DNA of 64,000 bases from an uncultured Acidobacteriota bacterium (GTDB lineage: Bacteria > Acidobacteriota > Vicinamibacteria > Vicinamibacterales > CAVVIG01): contig CAWIMX010000001.1 in NCBI GenBank assembly GCA_963837345.1, forward strand, positions 1,539,823 through 1,603,822. The letters are read 5' to 3'. The position numbers and the translations under genes are program-made. Position 1 is the stretch's first letter; every line of letters starts with the position of its first letter. The notes under the pieces were generated by a model. That model had not been told where the DNA came from. It was given only the letters and a program-made list of their open reading frames with translations, and did not search any database. Positions 27,654 to 38,146 of this stretch are shown here, piece after piece.

Positions 27654-29443
27654 ATGACCCGAAAAATTCTGATCTTCGTGATTGCCGTCATCTGGCCGCA
27701 CATCGTGATCGCGGCCGACGAGGCCGCGGCCGTGCGGCTCCTCGTGGGCCGATTCGACCGTGGTCGACGTCGGCTCGCCCATCACGCGCGTCTCGCTCAC
27801 GAGCGCCGACGTGGCCGACGCGCTGGTTACGGCCCCCGACGAGCTTCTGGTGAACGGCAAGACGCCCGGCAGCGTGTCGATGTTCGTGTGGAGCAAGTCG
27901 GGCACGATCCGGCGCTACGAGGTGATCGTGCAGCGCGACCTGTCGCGCCTCGCCGAGCAGGTCAAGACGTTCTTCCCTGGCGAGCAGATCGCCGTCGAAG
28001 GCAACGGCCGCAACGTCGTCCTGTCGGGGATGGTCTCGAGCAAGGCCGTCATCGAGAATGTCGTCAACCTCGCGGCCGGCTACGTCGAGAAGCGCGACGA
28101 GGTCGTGACCCTGCTGCAGCTCCAGGAAGACGCGCCGAGCAACCAGGTGCTGCTCCGCGTGCGCTTCGCCGAGGTCAGCCGCAGCGCCCTGACCGAGCTG
28201 GGCGCCTCGTTCTTCACGAGCCCGACCGGGGTCAAGAACACCATCGGCCGCGTCACGACGCAGCAGTTCCCGGCGCCCGGCTACGACGGGCTGAAGTACA
28301 CGAAGGACAGCAGCGACTTCGGATTCCGACGTCACCAGCGCCGAGGGGCAGTTCACGTTCAGCGACTTCCTGAACCTGTTCCTGTTCAGTGAGAAGTACG
28401 ACCTTGGCGCGATGATTCGAGTGCTGCAGACGAAGGGCATGTTCCAGAGCCTCGCCGAGCCGAACCTCGTCGCGGAGAGCGGCAAGGAAGCGAGCTTCCT
28501 GGCGGGTGGCGAGGTGCCCATTCCCATCGCGCAAGGAACCGGCGGCAACGTGGCGATCAGCGTCCAGTACAAGGAGTTCGGCATCCGCCTGAACTTCACG
28601 CCCGTCGTCAACGGCGACCGGATCCACCTGAAGGTCCGGCCCGAAGTGAGCTCGCTCGATTTCAACAACGCGGTCGTCCTGCAGGGATTCCGGATCCCGG
28701 CGCTCAGCACCCGGCGCACCGAGACCGAACTCGAGCTGCGCAACGGCCAGACGTTCGCCATCGCCGGTCTGCTCAACAGCACCGTCATGGAGTCGCTCGA
28801 AAAAGTGCCCGGGCTGGGCGACATCCCGATTCTCGGGCTGCTGTTCCGCAGCAAGGCCGCGCAGAAGCAGCGGACCGAGCTGGTCGTGATGATCACGCCG
28901 GAGATTCTGCCGAACAACTCGCCGGGCGTCACGCCGGACCTGCCGCGCATGCCGCAGCCGTTCCTGCCGCCATACCCGGAGAATCAGTCGCAGCCGATGC
29001 CAGGCCCGGCGTTCGAGTCGCGGCCGTCGGGCAGCGCGAGCGCGCAGCCGATGATCACGCCGGACGCGACCCGGCCCGCGCCGGCGGCGTCGGCCGCCTC
29101 GGCGGCCGCGGCCGTGTCGGCGCTGGCGCCGTCCAGCCCGAAGATCATCATGCCGACGGCGACCAGCGCCGCTGATCAGCCGACGGCATCGCCCGACTCG
29201 GCAGTCGTGCCGCCGGAGCCGGAGGTCGCGCCGGCCGCGGAGCCGGCTCTCTCGCCCGCTCCCGTTGCAGCGAGCGATTCGACGCCGGTCACGCCGGAGG
29301 AATTCGGCGCGAGCACCAGTTTGGAACCGTTGCCGTCTTCCGCGTCGGCCGGGCCGGCCAGTTTCATCCGGCCGCTCACCCCGGAAGAGCTCGAGCGGAT
29401 TGAGAAGGCCCGCCAGGAAGAGGCGGCCGCGCGCGGTCGATAA
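27654..29443 (+). pseudogene. cpaC: Flp pilus secretin CpaC/RcpA, interrupted by two +1 frameshifts (27751-27755 and 28322-28326)
   Basis: Signal peptide MTRKILIFVIAVIWPHIVIAA (frame 0), BON/N-domains (frame 1, 27760..28392) and secretin domain LAEPNLVAESGKEASFLAGGEVP...GLGDIPILGLLFRS (frame 2, 28412..29443). Removing one T from each GATTC gives VGRSTVVDVGSP and DFGSDVTSAEGQ. About 190-aa P/A/S-rich tail. Confidence 0.85.
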
Positions 29444-29450
29444 GATCACC

Positions 29451-30626
29451 ATGGCACATCTCGTCGGGTTGATCGTCAGCGAGGACGAAGACTTTCGGAA
29501 GCAGGTCGGACGGCTGCTGCGCCTGGGCTCGCTGCCCGTGAGCGTCATCGACGACCGTCAGGGCCGCGACGTGTCGTCGGCGGACGTCATGATTGTCGAC
29601 GTGCGCCGCGACGCGACCTCCGCCATGGGCGTGATCGAACGGCTCCGCGCCGCGTCGGCGACGGCCGGGATTTTCGCCGTCGCGTCGGAGGCGGATCCCA
29701 ATCTCATCCTGCAGGCGATGCGGGCCGGCGCCAACGAGTTCTTCACCTGGCCGCCGCAGGACGAAACCTTTCAGGGCGCGATTCGACGATCGGCGGCCCG
29801 GCGCGAGACGGCACACGGCGGATCGCCAGCCGCCACCACGCTGGTGTTCTTCGGCGCGAAGGGCGGTGCCGGCACCACGACCGTGGCCGTGAATTGCGGC
29901 GTCGAGCTGGCCCGTCTCAGCAAGCGCGCGACGGTCATCATCGACCTCAAGCCCGGTCTCGGCGAAGTCGCGCTCTTCCTGGGCGTCCGGCCGCGGTTCA
30001 GCGTCCTCGACGCGATCGACAACCTGCACCGCCTCGATCGCGAGTTCATGCGCGAGCTGGTCGTGAAGCACAAGTCCGGCCTCGAGATTCTGGCCGGCTC
30101 CGATCAGTTCGATCGCCCGGGCGCCAACGACGGCGGCGCGCTCGAGGAGCTGTTCCGCCTGCTGACGCGGCAGTACGACTACATCCTCGTCGACGCCGGC
30201 AGCCAGATCAACTCGTGCACCGTGCCGGCGCTGTACACGGCCGATACGATCTTTCTGGTGGCCAATCCCGACGTGCCCTCGGTGCGCAACGCGCAGCGGC
30301 TGCTCGACCGCGTGCGCCAGATCGGCGCGGGCGCCGAACGCGCGCGTCTGCTCCTCAACCGCGCCGCCGAGCCGTACCCGATTCCGCCCAAGCAGATCGA
30401 AGCCGCGGTCGGGCATCCGATTCATCACACGTTCCCGAGCGACTACAAGACCGTCTCGAGCGCGCTCAACTCGGGCGTGCCCCTGGCGCTGGCGGGCGAC
30501 TCGGAAATCGCCACACAGTTCGATCGCTTCACCCGCTCGATCCTGGACCCCTCGGCCGTCGAACCGACGGCGCCGGAAGCCAAGAAGAAGGTGCTCGGCC
30601 TCGAACGTCTCGCGTCCATCTGGTAG
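29451..30626 (+). CDS. cpaE: CpaE/TadZ: receiver-like domain plus MinD/ParA-type ATPase
   Basis: MAHLVGLIVSEDEDF... (REC-like), deviant Walker A FFGAKGGAGTTTVAVN. Confidence 0.85.
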   Translation: MAHLVGLIVSEDEDFRKQVGRLLRLGSLPVSVIDDRQGRDVSSADVMIVDVRRDATSAMGVIERLRAASATAGIFAVASEADPNLILQAMRAGANEFFTWPPQDETFQGAIRRSAARRETAHGGSPAATTLVFFGAKGGAGTTTVAVNCGVELARLSKRATVIIDLKPGLGEVALFLGVRPRFSVLDAIDNLHRLDREFMRELVVKHKSGLEILAGSDQFDRPGANDGGALEELFRLLTRQYDYILVDAGSQINSCTVPALYTADTIFLVANPDVPSVRNAQRLLDRVRQIGAGAERARLLLNRAAEPYPIPPKQIEAAVGHPIHHTFPSDYKTVSSALNSGVPLALAGDSEIATQFDRFTRSILDPSAVEPTAPEAKKKVLGLERLASIW

Positions 30627-30632
30627 CCGACC

Positions 30633-31976
30633 ATGAGCTCCGCTGCGACCACCGTTCCCACCGCGCCCTCGAAGCCCGCCACGCCGGCCGCTCAGCCGCC
30701 GCGGCCGCAGTATCTCGAGCTCAAGGGCAACGTCCATCGCAAGCTGCTCAACCGGCTCAATCTCGAGGCCCTGGCGCAGGCCGACCGGTCGCGCGCCGAG
30801 AGCGAGATTCGCACGCTGCTGGGGCAGTTGCTCGCCGAGGAGAACACGCCCATCAGCCTCGCCGAGCGCGAAACGCTCTTCGTCGAGCTCCTCGACGACG
30901 TGTTCGGGCTCGGCCCGCTCGAGCCGCTCCTCCGCGACCCGTCGGTGAGCGACATTCTGGTCAACACCTACAAGACCGTGTTCGTCGAGCGCAGCGGCAT
31001 GCTCGAGCGTGTGTCGACGACGTTCCAGGACGACCGGCACCTGATGCGGGTCATCGATCGCATCGTGAGCGGCGTCGGGCGCCGCGTGGACGACAGCTCG
31101 CCGATGGTGGACGCGCGGCTCGAAGACGGCTCGCGCGTGAACGCGATCATCCCGCCGCTCGCCGTGGATGGCCCGCTCCTGTCGATCCGGCGCTTTCCGG
31201 CCGAGCGACTGAAAGCCGACGACCTCGTCACGCTTCGCGCGGCGACGCGGCCGATGCTGGATTTCCTGGCCCACTGCGTCCGCGCGCGCCTGAACTGCCT
31301 CATCAGCGGCGGCACCGGCGCCGGCAAGACGACGCTCCTCAACGTACTCTCGAGCTTCATCTCGGAGCGTGAGCGCATCGTGACCATCGAGGATGCCGCC
31401 GAGCTTCAGCTGCACCAGGAGCACGTCGTCCGTCTCGAGACGCGGCCGCCGAACGTGGAAGGCAAGGGAGCCATCCGTCAGCGACAGCTCGTGGTCAATG
31501 CCCTCCGTATGCGTCCCGACCGCATCGTGGTCGGCGAGGTCCGCAGCGAGGAAGCGCTCGACATGCTCCAGGCCATGAACACGGGCCACGACGGATCGCT
31601 CACGACCGTCCACGCGAATTCGCCGCGCGACGCCCTGTCGCGTATCGAAACGATGATCGCGATGGGCGCCACGAATCTGCCTGAACGGGCGATGCGGCAG
31701 CAGATCTCGTCGGCGATCCAGATCGTCGTCCAGCAGACACGTCTGAGCGACGGCTCGCGCAAGTTGACCAGCGTGTCGGAGATCACGGGCATGGAAGGCG
31801 ACGTGATCACGATGCAGGAGATCTTCCTCTTCGAAAAAGTGGGCGTCACCCAGGACGGCAAGGTGATCGGCCGGTTCCGCGCCACCGGCGTGAGGCCCAA
31901 GTGCTGCGAACGCCTCAAGGCGTCGGGCATCCACCTTCCCGCCGACATGTTCGAAGGCGTGACGGAGGTGCGGTAG
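30633..31976 (+). CDS. cpaF: CpaF/TadA secretion ATPase
   Basis: 447 aa. Walker [15 protein letters not shown], Walker [12 protein letters not shown], His box [12 protein letters not shown]. Confidence 0.92.
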   Translation: MSSAATTVPTAPSKPATPAAQPPRPQYLELKGNVHRKLLNRLNLEALAQADRSRAESEIRTLLGQLLAEENTPISLAERETLFVELLDDVFGLGPLEPLLRDPSVSDILVNTYKTVFVERSGMLERVSTTFQDDRHLMRVIDRIVSGVGRRVDDSSPMVDARLEDGSRVNAIIPPLAVDGPLLSIRRFPAERLKADDLVTLRAATRPMLDFLAHCVRARLNCLISGGTGAGKTTLLNVLSSFISERERIVTIEDAAELQLHQEHVVRLETRPPNVEGKGAIRQRQLVVNALRMRPDRIVVGEVRSEEALDMLQAMNTGHDGSLTTVHANSPRDALSRIETMIAMGATNLPERAMRQQISSAIQIVVQQTRLSDGSRKLTSVSEITGMEGDVITMQEIFLFEKVGVTQDGKVIGRFRATGVRPKCCERLKASGIHLPADMFEGVTEVR

Positions 31977-32953
31977 TGCTGCCCGCCCTGATCGTGTTCC
32001 TGTTCGTTGCCGGAGCCGTCATCGGCGCCTACTGGGCCGTGACGGAGGTTCCCGGCATACTCGCCGCGCGACGGCTCGATCGCCGCCTGCGCGACGTGTC
32101 GAATGCCACCTTCGAGACACCTGGCGCCGAGGGGGCCGACTCGACCGTGGTCAAGCGTCTGGAATCGGGTCCGCTGCCGGCCGTCGATCGGTTCATGTCG
32201 GGCACGCGGGCGGGGTCGGGGCTTGCGCGGCTGATCGAGCAATCGGGTGTCCGCACCACGCCGAGCGCGGTCGTGATGCTGAGCATGCTTTCGGCCGCGG
32301 TCGCGGGCGCGGCCGGCTGGCTGTTCGTGAAGCAGCCGATTGCGGTGCCGGTGGCCGCCGTGTTCGGCGCCCTGGTGCCGTACATGTGGCTGAAGCACAA
32401 GCGGTCGGTGCGGCTGAAGCGCTTCGAAGAGCAGTTCCCCGAGGCCCTCGATCTGCTGTCGCGGGCGATCCGCGCCGGCCATGCGTTCCAGAGCGCGATG
32501 GGCATGGTGGCGAGCGAGCTGCGCGATCCGGTCGGCCCCGAATTCAAGAAGATGTTCGATCAGCAGAACTTCGGCTTGCCGCTGCGCGACGCGCTCAACG
32601 AGCTGAGCGACCGCGTTCCAAATCTGGACGTGCGGTTCTTCGTGACGGCGGTGCTGATCCAGCGCGATACGGGCGGCAATCTGGCGGAGATTCTCGACAA
32701 CCTCGCGCAGGTCGTCCGCGAGCGGTTCAAGATTCTCCGGCAGGTCCGCGTGCATACGGCCCACGGGCGGTTCACCGCCTGGGTGCTGCTCGCGCTGCCG
32801 GCCGCGCTGGCTGTCGCGCTTCAGCTCATCAACCCCGAGCACATGCAGACGCTGTTCCGCGAGCGAATGGGACAGATGCTGATCATCGTCGCCGTCGTCC
32901 TGGAAGCGGTGGGATACATCTGGATCCGCAAGGTCATCAAGATCGAGGTGTAA
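31976..32953 (+). CDS. tadB: type II secretion system F family protein TadB
   Basis: GTG overlaps the cpaF stop (TAGTG). Membrane protein with a T2SSF domain ([22 protein letters not shown]). Confidence 0.85.
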   Translation: MLPALIVFLFVAGAVIGAYWAVTEVPGILAARRLDRRLRDVSNATFETPGAEGADSTVVKRLESGPLPAVDRFMSGTRAGSGLARLIEQSGVRTTPSAVVMLSMLSAAVAGAAGWLFVKQPIAVPVAAVFGALVPYMWLKHKRSVRLKRFEEQFPEALDLLSRAIRAGHAFQSAMGMVASELRDPVGPEFKKMFDQQNFGLPLRDALNELSDRVPNLDVRFFVTAVLIQRDTGGNLAEILDNLAQVVRERFKILRQVRVHTAHGRFTAWVLLALPAALAVALQLINPEHMQTLFRERMGQMLIIVAVVLEAVGYIWIRKVIKIEV

Positions 32954-32956
32954 ATC

Positions 32957-33868
32957 ATGACGCTCCTGCTCCCGGTCGTCGCCTTCGCGCTCGCCTCGAT
33001 TCTCGTGCTGGCGGTCGCCTACGCCTTTGCGTCGGGCGGCGGGTCGGCGATCGAACGGCGCCTGGCCGAGGTGTCGGCGCCGCGCGAGCGCCTGCACGTC
33101 GAAAGCCCCGGCTACGGACAGGCGTTCGTCGACGCCTTCAGGCAGATCGGCAGCCATGCGCCGCGGTCGGAATCGGAGGTGGGGAAGCTGCGGCAGCGCC
33201 TGCTCGCCGCGGGTTATCGCCGCAACGAGGCACTGGTCGTGTTCCACGGCGTCCGGATCGGGGTCGCCGTGCTGTTCTTTCTGCTGCTGTCGACGCCGAT
33301 CTTCATTCGTCCGAATATTCTGCTGGCGCTCGCCGGCTCCGCGATTGGCTATGTGCTGCCCGCCATGGTGCTGGCGCGGATGGCCAAGCGCCGGCAGCAC
33401 CGCATCCGGCTCGGTCTGGCCGACGTGCTCGACCTCCTGGTCGTCAGCGTGGAGGCCGGCCTGGGGCTCGATCAGGCGATCCAGCGGGTCAGCGAAGAGC
33501 TCGCCTTCGCGCATCCCGATCTGTCCGACGAGCTGCGCATGGTGAACCTGGAGCTGCGCGCCGGGAAGGCGCGCGTGGAAGCGCTCCGCAACCTCGCCGA
33601 TCGCACGGGCGTGGACGACATCTCGTCGCTCGTGGCGATGCTGGTTCAGACCGACAAGTTCGGCACGAGCGTGGCGCAGTCGCTCCGGGTGCACGCGGAA
33701 ACAGTCCGGACGAAGCGCCGCCAGCGCGCCGAAGAGGCGGCGGCGAAGACCGGCGTGAAGATGGTGTTTCCGCTGGTGTTCTGCATCTTTCCGGCGATCT
33801 GGGTGGTAACGATCGGGCCCGCGGCCATCAAGTTCGTCCAGGTGCTCGGTCCGATGTCGCAGCAGTGA
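32957..33868 (+). CDS. tadC: type II secretion system F family protein TadC
   Basis: 303 aa. [22 protein letters not shown] is a T2SSF motif. Confidence 0.85.
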   Translation: MTLLLPVVAFALASILVLAVAYAFASGGGSAIERRLAEVSAPRERLHVESPGYGQAFVDAFRQIGSHAPRSESEVGKLRQRLLAAGYRRNEALVVFHGVRIGVAVLFFLLLSTPIFIRPNILLALAGSAIGYVLPAMVLARMAKRRQHRIRLGLADVLDLLVVSVEAGLGLDQAIQRVSEELAFAHPDLSDELRMVNLELRAGKARVEALRNLADRTGVDDISSLVAMLVQTDKFGTSVAQSLRVHAETVRTKRRQRAEEAAAKTGVKMVFPLVFCIFPAIWVVTIGPAAIKFVQVLGPMSQQ

Positions 33869-33875
33869 CACGCCC

Positions 33876-35249
33876 ATGACGCTGACCACCACCGCCGCCA
33901 CGACGACGTTCCCCGAGCCGCGTTCGACGGCCCAGGCGCCGCCCGTTCCGGAAACGCTCGAAGCCACGGGGCTGGCGATCGATCAGATCGAGCACCTGCT
34001 GGTGAAGACGCTCTTCGCCGGCGAGCTGACCGGCCTGGCGCTCGCGGACCGCGTGCGCCTGCCGTACGCGATTCTCGAGCCGCTCGTCGAGCGCGTCCGG
34101 GCCGAGCGTCAGGTGGAGGTCAAGGGCGCCACCGGTTCTGGCACGGCCGGCTATCGCTACGCGCTGACGGACCTCGGACGCGATCGCGCGTTGCAGTATC
34201 TCGACGTCAATCAGTACGTCGGCCCGGCGCCGGTGCCGCTCGCCACCTATGTCGCGACGATGAACGCGCTGGCCGCCGTGCGGGGCTATATCGACCGCGA
34301 CCGGCTGCGGTCGGGCTTTTCGAACCTCGTCGTGGACGACGCCATGCTCGAGCAGCTCGGCCCGGCGGTCAACGCCGGCAAGGCGGTGTTCCTCTATGGC
34401 CCGCCCGGAAACGGCAAGACCGTGCTGGCCGAAGGCATGGGCCGGGCCCTCGGTGGCGACCTGTACGTGCCGCATGCCATCGACGTCGATCGCAGCATCA
34501 TCACGGTGTTCGACCCGATCAACCACCAGTCGCTCGAGGGCGAGGCCGATTCGACCAGCATCGTGAGCGGCGCGCGGCGCGACCGCCGCTGGGTCCGGAT
34601 TCGCCGCCCCGTGGTGATGGTCGGCGGCGAGCTCACGCTCGACATGCTCGATCTGTCGTTCAACCCGATTTCGAAATTCTACGAAGCGCCCATTCAGCTC
34701 AAGGCCAACGGCGGCGTGTTTCTGGTGGACGACTTCGGGCGCCAGCGGATTCGCCCCGCAGATCTCCTGAACCGCTGGATCGTGCCCCTCGAGAACCGCG
34801 TGGACTACCTCACGCTGCATACGGGCAAGAAGTTCCAGGTGCCGTTCGACGTCCTCATCGCCTTCGCCACGAACCTGAAGCCGGAGTCGCTGGCCGACGA
34901 AGCGTTCCTGCGCCGGATCCCCTACAAGATCGGCGTGGGCGACCCGTCGGTGGCCGAGTTCACCGAGATCTTCGAGATCAATTGCCGGCGCCGGCATCTC
35001 AAGTTCCACCAGGTGCTGGTGGCGTACCTTCTTCGGCGCCATTATCTGCCGCACGCCCGCCCGCTCCGCGCGTGTCATCCGCGCGATCTGCTCGATCAGG
35101 TCGTGGCGCTGTGCCGGTATCGCGGCATCGCGCCGATGATTTCCCGCGAGCTCCTCGACGCGGCCTGTGCCGCCTACTTCGTCGGCGACATCGAGGAGGC
35201 GCACGTGCCGGGTCGGCCGGAGCCGATGCGGCAGCTGAATGTGCACTGA
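33876..35249 (+). CDS. AAA family ATPase (unassigned subfamily) co-transcribed with tad genes
   Basis: 457 aa. Walker [11 protein letters not shown], Walker [11 protein letters not shown], arginine-finger region [11 protein letters not shown]. Starts 7 nt after the tadC stop. Confidence 0.75.
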   Translation: MTLTTTAATTTFPEPRSTAQAPPVPETLEATGLAIDQIEHLLVKTLFAGELTGLALADRVRLPYAILEPLVERVRAERQVEVKGATGSGTAGYRYALTDLGRDRALQYLDVNQYVGPAPVPLATYVATMNALAAVRGYIDRDRLRSGFSNLVVDDAMLEQLGPAVNAGKAVFLYGPPGNGKTVLAEGMGRALGGDLYVPHAIDVDRSIITVFDPINHQSLEGEADSTSIVSGARRDRRWVRIRRPVVMVGGELTLDMLDLSFNPISKFYEAPIQLKANGGVFLVDDFGRQRIRPADLLNRWIVPLENRVDYLTLHTGKKFQVPFDVLIAFATNLKPESLADEAFLRRIPYKIGVGDPSVAEFTEIFEINCRRRHLKFHQVLVAYLLRRHYLPHARPLRACHPRDLLDQVVALCRYRGIAPMISRELLDAACAAYFVGDIEEAHVPGRPEPMRQLNVH

Positions 35250-35253
35250 CGGC

Positions 35254-35901
35254 ATGTCTACGACCGAACAGGTGCTGGTTCGGCCCCGGCTCGACCGGGA
35301 GGCCACCGCCGACTTCCTGGCGCGCAGCCTGATCGTGACGCTCTTCACGCTGCTGGCCGTCAACCTCGTCGGCGAGTTCGTCCGCACCGGACACCTGACG
35401 GGCCTCCTCATGCTCGTCAGCGAGTCGATGGTCGTGGCGCTCACGATCGTCCGGCGGCGGGCGTCCATCGTCGATCGATCGACGATGGCGCGGCTCGTGA
35501 CGGCGGTCTCGGCCGTCGGTCCGCCGCTTCTGCGTGCGGGCGGCGGAGCGCGACTCGCCCCCGACGTGGTCACGGCGGCGATTTCCGCGGCCGGACTCCT
35601 CGTGGCCATCGCGGCGACGGCCACACTCGGGCGGAGCCTGGGGTTCGTGCCCGCGAATCGAGGACTCGTTGAGCGGGGTCTGTACACGGTCGTGCGGCAC
35701 CCCGTCTATGCGGGGTACCTCGTGACGCACCTTGGATTTCTGATGGCGTATCCCAACGCGTGGAACGTGGGGGTTGCCGTCGTGGCGGATGCGGCGCTTG
35801 TCAGCCGGGCGTTCCTCGAAGAGCGCCTCCTCCGCCAAGATCGCGGATATCAGGACTACTGCCGTCGTGTCCGATGGCAGTTCGTGCCGGGAGTGCTCTG
35901 A
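35254..35901 (+). CDS. isoprenylcysteine carboxyl / phospholipid methyltransferase family membrane protein
   Basis: GLVERGLYTVVRHPVYAGYLVTHLGFLM...EERLL is the ICMT/PEMT signature. Starts 4 nt after the AAA gene stop. Confidence 0.75.
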   Translation: MSTTEQVLVRPRLDREATADFLARSLIVTLFTLLAVNLVGEFVRTGHLTGLLMLVSESMVVALTIVRRRASIVDRSTMARLVTAVSAVGPPLLRAGGGARLAPDVVTAAISAAGLLVAIAATATLGRSLGFVPANRGLVERGLYTVVRHPVYAGYLVTHLGFLMAYPNAWNVGVAVVADAALVSRAFLEERLLRQDRGYQDYCRRVRWQFVPGVL

Positions 35902-36248
35902 TGCTCCTCAATGAACGCACGCGCCAGGTGGTGGCGCGCGATGTCGAGATCGCCGACACGCGACAGGCGCGCCGGCGGGGTCTGCTCGGTCGTGACGGCC
36001 TTGCGGGCTCGTCGGCTCTCGTGATCACGCCGTGCTTTGCGATTCACACCGCCTTCATGCGATTCGCCATCGACGTGATCTTCATGACCCGCGAGGGTCG
36101 GGTGCTGCGCGTGGTTCGCGGGCTGCCCCCCTGGCGCATGGCCGTCGCGCCCCGGGCGCACCGCGTCGCCGAGCTCGCCGCGGGCAGCCTCGCCGAGGGC
36201 GCCGTGGCCGTCGGCGACCGCCTGGTCATCGATTCGTCTGCGGCGTGA
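35901..36248 (+). CDS. DUF192 domain protein
   Basis: TGATG overlap with the upstream gene. ADTRQARRRGLLGRDGLAGSSALVITPCFAIHTAFMRFAIDVIF is typical of DUF192. Confidence 0.8.
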   Translation: MLLNERTRQVVARDVEIADTRQARRRGLLGRDGLAGSSALVITPCFAIHTAFMRFAIDVIFMTREGRVLRVVRGLPPWRMAVAPRAHRVAELAAGSLAEGAVAVGDRLVIDSSAA

Positions 36249-36493
36249 TCCGCGCAACCGTCGCGCCCAGGTGCGCCTGCGGATCGTCCCAAAACTCCTC
36301 GACGAGCGGATGACGGTCGAGCGCGGCCTGGACGATGCCCCGCTGTACGCCGCGTCCGCGGCCGTGAACGAGGCGCACGAGGCGCAACCCGACTCGGGCG
36401 GCCGCCTGAACGTACTCGTCGACGACCGACGCGAATCTCGCCAGGCGCGAAGGCATGGAGATCGAGCTCGGGTTCGATGGGGACGTTGTGCAA
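36226..36493 (-). pseudogene. Smr/MutS2 C-terminal domain protein, one +1 frameshift at 36433-36437
   Basis: ELDLHAFAPGEI (frame of 36044..36493) continues as ASVVDEYVQAAARVGLRLVRLVHGRGRGVQRGIV (frame of 36226..36699) when one base of GATTC (coding strand) is removed. LDLHG...HGKG-like Smr motifs. Confidence 0.6.
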
Positions 36494-36500
36494 CTGGCGA

Positions 36501-36851
36501 CTAGCGGGGCTTGACGTAGGTGGCCGTCACGACCGTGCTCATGCCGCCACGCACGGAAAAGTCGCCGACGACCGTCAGGCGCCGCGGCGCGAGCGCCGAC
36601 GCCAGGTCGTCGAGGATCTGATTGGTGGCCGCTTCGTAGAAGATGCCGCGGTTTCTGAACCCGATCAGGTAATACTTCAGCGATTTGAGCTCGACGCAAA
36701 GGGCTTCCGGAGTGTAGGTGATCCGGATTTCGCCGAAATCGGGCAGCCCGGTCTTCGGGCAGACCGACGTGAACTCCGGGCAGCGAATCGCGATCTCGTA
36801 GTCGCGCTCGGGACGGGGGTTGGGGAAGGTCTCGATCGTCCCGCTTGACAT
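36501..36851 (-). CDS. queF: NADPH-dependent 7-cyano-7-deazaguanine (preQ0) reductase QueF, type I
   Basis: MSSGTIETFPNPRPERDYEIAIRCPEFTSVCPKTGLPDFGEIRITYTP...SLKYYL is the canonical QueF motif with catalytic Cys. Confidence 0.9.
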   Translation of the reverse strand: MSSGTIETFPNPRPERDYEIAIRCPEFTSVCPKTGLPDFGEIRITYTPEALCVELKSLKYYLIGFRNRGIFYEAATNQILDDLASALAPRRLTVVGDFSVRGGMSTVVTATYVKPR

Positions 36852-37032
36852 GGTCGAAATTCTAGCATTCCGCCCAGCAAAACCGGGGTTTCGTGGCGTG
36901 CCCGCGTTTGACACTGCCGGGAGCGCACGCTAGCATACGGCGATTTTTGGAACAAAACCGCGATCCTCGCTGCGCGCGCGGCGATCGCCGGTGACACCAC
37001 CGCGCGTTGTGGAAACTAAGGGGGGAACGCCC

Positions 37033-37332
37033 ATGGCAGACGCCCGCAGGATGGGCAAGTCCGAGCTCTTCTCGCACTTCGCCGAACGCTTCGACGTCAA
37101 GCGTACCCAGGCTCGTGAATTCTTCGACGAGCTGACGGCGCTCTCGGAAAAGGAGCTGAAGCGATCGGGAGAGTTCGTACTGCCTGGCATGGTGAAGCTG
37201 GTCGTGCAGAAGCGGAAGGCGCGGATGGGCCGAAATCCCGCGACGGGCGAGGCCATCAAGATTCCCGCCAAGACCGTCGTGAAGGCACGAATCGCGAAGC
37301 AGCTGAAAGACGCAGTGCTGCCGAAGAAGTAG
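37033..37332 (+). CDS. hup: HU family DNA-binding protein
   Basis: KSELFSHFAERFDVKRTQAREFFDELT...RMGRNPATGEAIKIPAKTVVKARIAKQLK. 99 aa. AAGGGGGG SD. Confidence 0.9.
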   Translation: MADARRMGKSELFSHFAERFDVKRTQAREFFDELTALSEKELKRSGEFVLPGMVKLVVQKRKARMGRNPATGEAIKIPAKTVVKARIAKQLKDAVLPKK

Positions 37333-37359
37333 GCGGGCGCGGCGTGGCGTCGATGGACG

Positions 37360-37605
37360 CTACGCCGCTGTCGCGCGCCGAGCGGCGAGGGCGCGGCTGT
37401 AGATGGTGGCCGGCACCAGCCGCTCCGATCGCGCCTCCAGGTTCGTCACCGAATCATCGTCCAGAATGATACGGTCGTCGGGGCCGAGCACAATCTCGGC
37501 GCTGTAGCGCCGCGCGCCGCGCAGCGTCTTCGTTTCGAAATACCTGACCGGGAAGCTCTGGCGCTCCACCAGCACAACCCCGGTCTTCACGAGCGTGCGA
37601 AACAT
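37360..37605 (-). CDS. hypothetical protein (81 aa)
   Basis: MFRTLVKTGVVLVERQSFPVRYFETKTLRGARRYSAEIVLGPDDRIILDDD...; GAGGA lies about 10 nt upstream. The longer track ORF reads through the 90-bp repeats and is rejected. Confidence 0.45.
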   Translation of the reverse strand: MFRTLVKTGVVLVERQSFPVRYFETKTLRGARRYSAEIVLGPDDRIILDDDSVTNLEARSERLVPATIYSRALAARRATAA

Positions 37606-37614
37606 CTTCTTATC

Positions 37615-38135
37615 CTCGCGGGGCCCCACCCCCGCTCGTTGCCGTCGCTTCCGCTCCGGATCTTGATACGGGCGGCAATCCCGCCCGCGGTCGCCACTCT
37701 CTCCCCGGCTCGCGGGCCCGTCCCCGCTCGTTGCCGTCGCTTCCGCTCCGGATCTTGATACGGGCGGCGATCCCGCGCGGTCGCCACTCTCTCCCCGGCT
37801 CGCGGGCCCGTCCCCGCTCGTAGCCGTCGCTTCCGCTCCGGATCTTGATACGGGGGGCGATCCCGCGCGGTCGCCACTCTCTCCCCGGCTCGCGGGCCCG
37901 TCCCCGCTCGTTGCCGTCGCTTCCGCTCCGGATCTTGATACGGGCGGCAATCCCGCGCGGTCGCCACCCTCTCCCCGGCTCGCGGGCCCGTCCCCGCTCG
38001 TAGCCGTCGCTTCCGCTCCGGATCTTGATACGGGGGGCGATCCCGCGCGGTCGCCACTCTCTCCCCGGCTCGCGGGCCCGTCCCCGCTCGTTGCCGTCGC
38101 TTCCGCTCCGGATCCTGAGACGGGCGGCGACCCGG
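37615..38135. repeat. tandem repeat, about 5.8 copies of a 90-bp unit with an alternating A/B (180-bp) higher-order pattern
   Basis: Unit starts at about 37630, 37721, 37811, 37901, 37991 and 38081. Subtypes ttgccg...cgggcggc and tagccg...cggggggc alternate. The repeat lies between the kinase stop and the 81-aa ORF. Confidence 0.9.
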
Positions 38136-38146
38136 TCCCTGATTCG

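Noticed and set aside
36852-37032. preQ1 riboswitch upstream of queF
   Set aside because: I looked for the compact preQ1-I/II hairpin plus A-rich tail in the reverse-strand leader and found no convincing match. A covariance-model search (Rfam RF00522, RF01054, RF02680) would be needed.
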